Virus record (IMG/VR): IMGVR_UViG_3300021963_000096
DNA: 20,000 nucleotides
Strand: one strand, 5' to 3'
DNA from: an uncultured virus (IMG/VR IMGVR_UViG_3300021963_000096)
Lineage: Duplodnaviria; Heunggongvirae; Uroviricota; Caudoviricetes
The notes beneath the pieces are model-generated. The model saw nothing but the letters and a program-made list of their open reading frames with translations, did not search any database and was not told the DNA's origin. Below, piece by piece: positions 15,587 through 20,000 of this stretch (positions within the stretch are counted from its first letter, which is position 1; each line of letters opens with the position of its first letter). The position numbers and the translations under genes are program-made.

Positions 15587-15856
15587 ATGCGTGTTGAATC
15601 AGATGCCGATTTTCCAGAACTAAGACGACATATATCAGCTTGGCGTAAACGATTTTCTATGTTCTCACATGATGTTAATCAAATAGAACATATGGTAGAA
15701 AAACACATTCAAAATTTTGCTATAGCAGGTGTGCACTATAGACAGACCAAAAGCAAAAAATATCTAGAAGTAGCACAACACGAATTAGATGAAATTAATA
15801 GAATAATTGCGATTGCGGAAAAAATGGAACTAATGTCATTACTCAGCCGCGGATAA
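15587..15856 (+). CDS. Hypothetical protein (89 aa)
   Basis: The track's TTG at 15566 lies in the terminator U-tract. The in-frame ATG at 15587 behind the late promoter is the more plausible start. Confidence 0.7.
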   Translation: MRVESDADFPELRRHISAWRKRFSMFSHDVNQIEHMVEKHIQNFAIAGVHYRQTKSKKYLEVAQHELDEINRIIAIAEKMELMSLLSRG

Positions 15857-15859
15857 ATA
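15852..15859 (+). promoter_or_regulatory. Late promoter (GATAAATA)
   Basis: 7/8 match overlapping the upstream stop codon and preceding the structured leader of ORF 15943. Confidence 0.65.
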
Positions 15860-15864
15860 AAGTA

Positions 15865-15919
15865 TCTAGAGCTTACTCTTCTGAGTAACTTATGCTGTAA
15901 CCCACAGCGTAGACCTAGA
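15865..15919 (+). promoter_or_regulatory. Structured 5' leader (three-way junction) of ORF 15943
   Basis: P1 TCTAG/CTAGA (15865-69/15915-19), P2 TTACTC/GAGTAA (15873-78/15883-88), P3 TATGCTGT/ACAGCGTA (15891-98/15904-11). Confidence 0.6.
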
Positions 15920-15942
15920 ACGTCAACATAAGGAGAAAACAA

Positions 15943-16350
15943 ATGGGACGTCCATTAAGAAAAGATGTATTAGGTACTGATGTTATCGGTACTCCAGCAA
16001 CTACCAGCACAGGTATTCGTGTAGAAGCATACGCAGGCGGCACTGCTTATACTGATGCTACCTACAATGCTTCAACAAATTATGCTTATATCTATAAGCA
16101 ACGTGGAGCAAAAACATTCACGCTAAAGAATCAAGCCGGGGATAATCTTGGTCCTTGCGTACTTCAGTCTGCTATTCCAGACAGCAACGGCGAAATGAGA
16201 TTAAATGGTTATGTAGGCGGCAACGCTTCTGCTCCAACTCCAATCGCAAAAATCACAAAACGTGTAGCTACAGATTTCAGCGGTAACCGTTATACTTGGA
16301 TCCTAGTCAACGATTCAACCAGCGATTATATTCAATTGACCGCTATCTAA
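15943..16350 (+). CDS. Putative virion structural protein (possibly head decoration)
   Basis: 135-aa ORF with beta-type composition, strong TAAGGAG SD, a late promoter, and a position just downstream of gp23. Confidence 0.7.
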   Translation: MGRPLRKDVLGTDVIGTPATTSTGIRVEAYAGGTAYTDATYNASTNYAYIYKQRGAKTFTLKNQAGDNLGPCVLQSAIPDSNGEMRLNGYVGGNASAPTPIAKITKRVATDFSGNRYTWILVNDSTSDYIQLTAI

Positions 16351-16364
16351 TCTAGGAAGCAGAA

Positions 16365-17903
16365 ATGGCACAGGTTTTACAGACTAATTGCGATTATAAA
16401 ATAAAAACGCAGACCGACGGTCAAATAACTCTCGACACCGGAGAAGTATTAGTCACGGGCAATTTGCGTGTCGAAGGCGATTATGTAACTGTAAACGTAA
16501 CTAACTTAGATATAGAAGATAACATCATCACCGTAAACAAAGGTGAGACCGGTGATGGTGTTACTGAAGGTTACGCAGGTATACAAGTTGATCGAGGTTA
16601 TTCCGATGACTCAACTGTAAACCCTTCCCCTGCTTTTTGGTACAACGAAACAGCAGCGGCCTGGGAAGTTGTAACTACTATCGGTGGACTTGTATCTTAT
16701 CTAGACAGCAATTTAAAAGTAAGAAATATTTTAACTGATCCGTTTACTGACGGCGGCGACTTAACTTTAATTGGTTCAGGCACCGGAGTTATATCAGTAG
16801 CAGGCACTTTTAATTACGAAAGCCAAGTTACTCAAGACGACGACATTCCTAACAAAAAATATGTAGACGTTGCTATCCTTAACAGACAGCCCGACAACGA
16901 AATTAAAAGAGACGACACATTTGTAGTAGTCCAAGATATCGACGGTGGCGCAAGTGCAAATTCTATCATGTCGATTCAAACCGCACAAATTACCAGCCCG
17001 GGAGCAACATATTCCGTTAATGATGAACTGTTATTAGTTGGCGGAACTGCTAGACGAGACGGAAAAATTAGAGTCGACACTGTGGATGCTGGCGGCGGCA
17101 TTTTAACCTATACTATTATCGATTCTGGATTATTTTTAGACATACCAATATCGATATACAATGTACCAACAAGTACTAACGGTCTTGGGTTTGGCGCAAC
17201 ATTTGATATCGTGTGGGGAGTACAAGAAGTTGAAATTATCAATCCTGGTAACGACTACGAATCAGTATCACTGACTTTTCAACCAGGCACAGATCTTGGA
17301 GCAGGAATCCAAACTGCCACTGCTACTGCAACTGTTGATTTAGATATATTTTCACCATCATACAGAACTATAACATCGATCGCTGTGAGTTTTGCCGGTG
17401 AGTATGATTATGTTCCAGCTATAACATTCAGCGCCGGTGCTAATCCTTCTCTAACTGAAAGCCAGATAAGAGTTGTTGTAGATAGCACGTTGGTTTCAAC
17501 ATTCTACGAAGATCGTGTAGCGATACAAGATTTTGAATTATCAGTCAATGAAATCGCTAACACGGTAAGCGATTCTAATATCAAACTTACAACTTTAGGA
17601 ACAGGAAAAGTTGAAGTTAATCGAGGTATACAGTTTGAAGCTCAGGCCACGCCAGGTACAGCATTAGCACATGTAACAGGAGCGACCGTGTTATACGGTA
17701 ATCCAAATGACAATGCTTTAGTTCGCCCAACTCCGGGCGGCACTGGCTTATATTTTAATAATTTAAAACAGAGTCTAAGTTGGGATCAATGGGTAATTAA
17801 TAATCCAGTTACAGAAAACAATCCTTCTAATCTGTTAAATTATCCTGTTAAGAATGAATTAATAAGTAAACAAAAAGCACTTGTAATGAGTATGCTTTTT
17901 TAA
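16365..17903 (+). CDS. Putative virion structural / fibre-like protein
   Basis: Thr/Gly/Val/Asp-rich, with fibre-type motifs VTGNLRVEG, IEDNIITVN and DDIPNKKYVD, and repeated beta modules ITSPGATY / IINPGNDY. Confidence 0.7.
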   Translation: MAQVLQTNCDYKIKTQTDGQITLDTGEVLVTGNLRVEGDYVTVNVTNLDIEDNIITVNKGETGDGVTEGYAGIQVDRGYSDDSTVNPSPAFWYNETAAAWEVVTTIGGLVSYLDSNLKVRNILTDPFTDGGDLTLIGSGTGVISVAGTFNYESQVTQDDDIPNKKYVDVAILNRQPDNEIKRDDTFVVVQDIDGGASANSIMSIQTAQITSPGATYSVNDELLLVGGTARRDGKIRVDTVDAGGGILTYTIIDSGLFLDIPISIYNVPTSTNGLGFGATFDIVWGVQEVEIINPGNDYESVSLTFQPGTDLGAGIQTATATATVDLDIFSPSYRTITSIAVSFAGEYDYVPAITFSAGANPSLTESQIRVVVDSTLVSTFYEDRVAIQDFELSVNEIANTVSDSNIKLTTLGTGKVEVNRGIQFEAQATPGTALAHVTGATVLYGNPNDNALVRPTPGGTGLYFNNLKQSLSWDQWVINNPVTENNPSNLLNYPVKNELISKQKALVMSMLF

Positions 17904-17912
17904 GGATCAAAA

Positions 17913-18284
17913 ATGATAGAAAACAAATTACTAACAGTTGATATTGAAACACTTTTTACAGCACCTGGCGATCCAGGCGATCTAAATTCTCAAAGTGCTA
18001 TCACTACTATGATATTCTGTAACGTCGCTGATCCTGATGATTCTACTCTAGCACTAACCACAGGTGCTGCTGGTGGTGATACTAATATTGATGTTTATCT
18101 AGTTAAATCAGGAGCAGCAGCTGATCCGTTAGTTAATGCTATTATAAGATCTCTAAGAATTCCGGCAGGCGAAACAGTTTTCTTTGATACAGAAAGAGTA
18201 GTATTGGGTGCTGGCGACAGTATCAGAGTTCGTGCTTCAGAAAATAATAAAATTGTAGCCACCGTGAGTGTATTGCCAGTATGA
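17913..18284 (+). CDS. Putative small virion structural protein
   Basis: 123 aa with beta-sandwich-like IPAGETVFF...VLGAGDSI; AAGGA SD. Confidence 0.7.
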   Translation: MIENKLLTVDIETLFTAPGDPGDLNSQSAITTMIFCNVADPDDSTLALTTGAAGGDTNIDVYLVKSGAAADPLVNAIIRSLRIPAGETVFFDTERVVLGAGDSIRVRASENNKIVATVSVLPV

Positions 18285-19129
18285 AATATCTTAAGACGCA
18301 GAATCTTTCAAAGTATAGTCCGAACGATAAGACTCTTATTGTTCAGTATCCTACGAATCAGGTTAATATAGAATCTAAAAGTAGCATAAAGCTACCCACC
18401 GGCGATCAAATCTTTAGACCATATTATGCTACTGAAGGCATGGTACGTTATAACATCGATCCTAACAGCGGACACGATATCAGCGATACTCCGGTATACT
18501 GGGACCCCGCAAGACCTGTGGGATTTGAAATGTATTACGAAGGCCAATGGTATCCTTTGAGAATACAAGGACCTGCTCGCATCCGTAAAGAAGATCTCGG
18601 TGTAGGTAATTGGGATGCTGTAACACAGCCCAATGAAGATATCAGCAAATGGTTTCCAATCAGCGGAGATCCTTTAGATTACGTACCCGGTCTAGCACAA
18701 GGACACGATCCGTTAGACTATGTTGACAACATGATTGTCATCGTTGAAAACGTGTTTCAAGTTTCAGGAACCAACTTTACTCTAGAAGAATCTGACGGTA
18801 TCGTAGTCGGTGTAGAAGTAGTCACAGGCGGCACAGGCCTAACTCCTAGTAGCACAACTATTCCTGTAGTGTTTAGTGCTCCTGATGTCGCAGGCACGAC
18901 CGCGACAGGTCTAGGTACTACAGACGGTACGGGCGAGATTATAGAAATTAACATCACGAATCCAGGCAGCGGTTATACAGGTGCTTCAACACCTACGGTT
19001 ACGGTCACAGGTGAAACCGGCCCAAGCACCTATAACGTAAAAATTGCTAAACCGGGCTGGCACATCAAGTTCTTATCAGCAGTGCCTGATACAAAACCAG
19101 TACTGGTTTATTTCGGCTACGATCAATAA
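18281..19129 (+). CDS. Putative virion structural protein
   Basis: ATGA overlap with the upstream gene. Motifs IKLPTG...RP...GMVRYN...FEMY, VIVENVFQ and ITNPGSGYT are typical of T4-like virion/fibre proteins. Confidence 0.7.
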   Translation: MKYLKTQNLSKYSPNDKTLIVQYPTNQVNIESKSSIKLPTGDQIFRPYYATEGMVRYNIDPNSGHDISDTPVYWDPARPVGFEMYYEGQWYPLRIQGPARIRKEDLGVGNWDAVTQPNEDISKWFPISGDPLDYVPGLAQGHDPLDYVDNMIVIVENVFQVSGTNFTLEESDGIVVGVEVVTGGTGLTPSSTTIPVVFSAPDVAGTTATGLGTTDGTGEIIEINITNPGSGYTGASTPTVTVTGETGPSTYNVKIAKPGWHIKFLSAVPDTKPVLVYFGYDQ

Positions 19130-19144
19130 TACCTATATTGCTCC

Positions 19145-19152
19145 GATAAATA
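19145..19152 (+). promoter_or_regulatory. Late promoter (GATAAATA)
   Basis: 7/8 match upstream of the AAGGAG SD (19159-19164) and the TTG at 19171. Confidence 0.65.
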
Positions 19153-19170
19153 TCAAATAAGGAGCGTGTT

Positions 19171-20000
19171 TTGGCAGACCTAGGTAGAATTTCCGGACCA
19201 ATGTTAAAAGACAACCTCTTGCGAGGGGGTGTTGATCTTGTCTTTGAAAATCAGTTCGGTGACAATAATCTATATCTAGACGTAAATTCTAGAAAACTAG
19301 GCATCAACACAGATGCTATTCCAAGAGAATTAACAGTCGACGGTACTACACAGACTATAGGTCTTATCGTTGATAATGATGCTCAATTAACTAATCTTTA
19401 TCTCGATGGTGACACCGGAACTATAACCAGCTATTCCGGCGATGTTACTATCCGTGCTACAGGTACTCTATTTGCTGATATATTAGAAACTCCTAGTTTA
19501 ATTTTTAACGACAACTACATTCAGGGTGTTATCAGTAATGAAAATATAGAACTAGTGCCGCATGGTACCGGAAATGTCCTCTTTGACGGAAACGCTATTG
19601 TAGCAGGAGATATAGATGGAGGTAACGAATTAACGATAGCAGGTGATATCACATTCGGCGACGATTCATTATCAGATACTATAGCATTTTCAGCAGAAAT
19701 AGCCGGCGACCTAATGCCTACACTAAACGAAATTTATAGTGTTGGCTCTTCGGACAGAAAATGGAACGAGCTACATACCGAGTTAATAAACGGCGAATTC
19801 TTAATCACTGAAGATATTACTGCTGTAGCTAATATCAATCCTAACGTAGCCCTTAGACCAGGAAATTCCTATTACGTTAGCACGTTAGGTGAAGACAGTG
19901 GTATATGGAATGACGGTACTCATCAGCTTGGCGGATTTAGAACTATTAAACATGCTTTGAGTTTTGCCACAGCAGGCGATACTGTAACTATCTATCCCGG
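19171..20000 (+). CDS. Large virion fibre/spike-like protein, N-terminal part (runs off the window; missing from the ORF track)
   Basis: TTG start with an AAGGAG SD. The frame is open to the end: MADLGRISGPMLKDNLLRGGVDLVFE...NIELVPHGTG...YYVSTLGED...FRTIKHALSFATAGDTVTIYP. The last segment resembles the cap preceding a right-handed beta-helix. Confidence 0.8.
   Translation, partial: MADLGRISGPMLKDNLLRGGVDLVFENQFGDNNLYLDVNSRKLGINTDAIPRELTVDGTTQTIGLIVDNDAQLTNLYLDGDTGTITSYSGDVTIRATGTLFADILETPSLIFNDNYIQGVISNENIELVPHGTGNVLFDGNAIVAGDIDGGNELTIAGDITFGDDSLSDTIAFSAEIAGDLMPTLNEIYSVGSSDRKWNELHTELINGEFLITEDITAVANINPNVALRPGNSYYVSTLGEDSGIWNDGTHQLGGFRTIKHALSFATAGDTVTIYP

Noticed and set aside
1939..18957. 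Many small antisense or overlapping ORFs in the track (e.g. 1939-2163, 3890-4177, 6607-7026, 11805-12110, 14327-14620, 15736-15942)
   Set aside because: They are shadow ORFs opposite well-supported genes or a structured leader, with no start signals or motifs.
1..20000. Alternative genetic code or stop-codon reassignment
   Set aside because: Standard-code ORFs tile the window, and conserved genes (gp20, gp21, gp23) are uninterrupted.

Overview
A 20-kb segment of a T4-like myovirus genome. Its compact genes and TAAATA-type late promoters resemble small environmental T4-like phages. Left to right it holds the 3' end of the gp46 (SbcC/Rad50-like) recombination ATPase, a small basic protein, and a stand-alone 144-aa GIY-YIG nuclease followed directly by about 480 nt of densely base-paired non-coding sequence. 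Next come a low-complexity protein, a minus-strand gp26-like baseplate-hub chaperone with an overlapping partner ORF, and two tandem paralogous tape-measure-like proteins, one carrying an amidase domain. The head cluster follows (portal gp20, small ORF, DUF115/Maf-like enzyme, acidic core protein, protease gp21, scaffold gp22, major capsid gp23, terminator), then virion/fibre-like genes running off the right edge. The most interesting observations are: (1) a candidate large pseudoknotted ncRNA or origin element attached to a minimal GIY-YIG nuclease; (2) a well-supported programmed -1 frameshift (T_TTT_TTC plus a 12-bp stem) fusing the gp26-like chaperone to the next ORF, like lambda G/GT; (3) late promoters inside hairpins that hide the Shine-Dalgarno, and likely leaderless late genes; (4) a three-way-junction RNA leader after gp23. 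All protein assignments come from motifs recognised by eye and all folds were worked out by hand; no searches were run.
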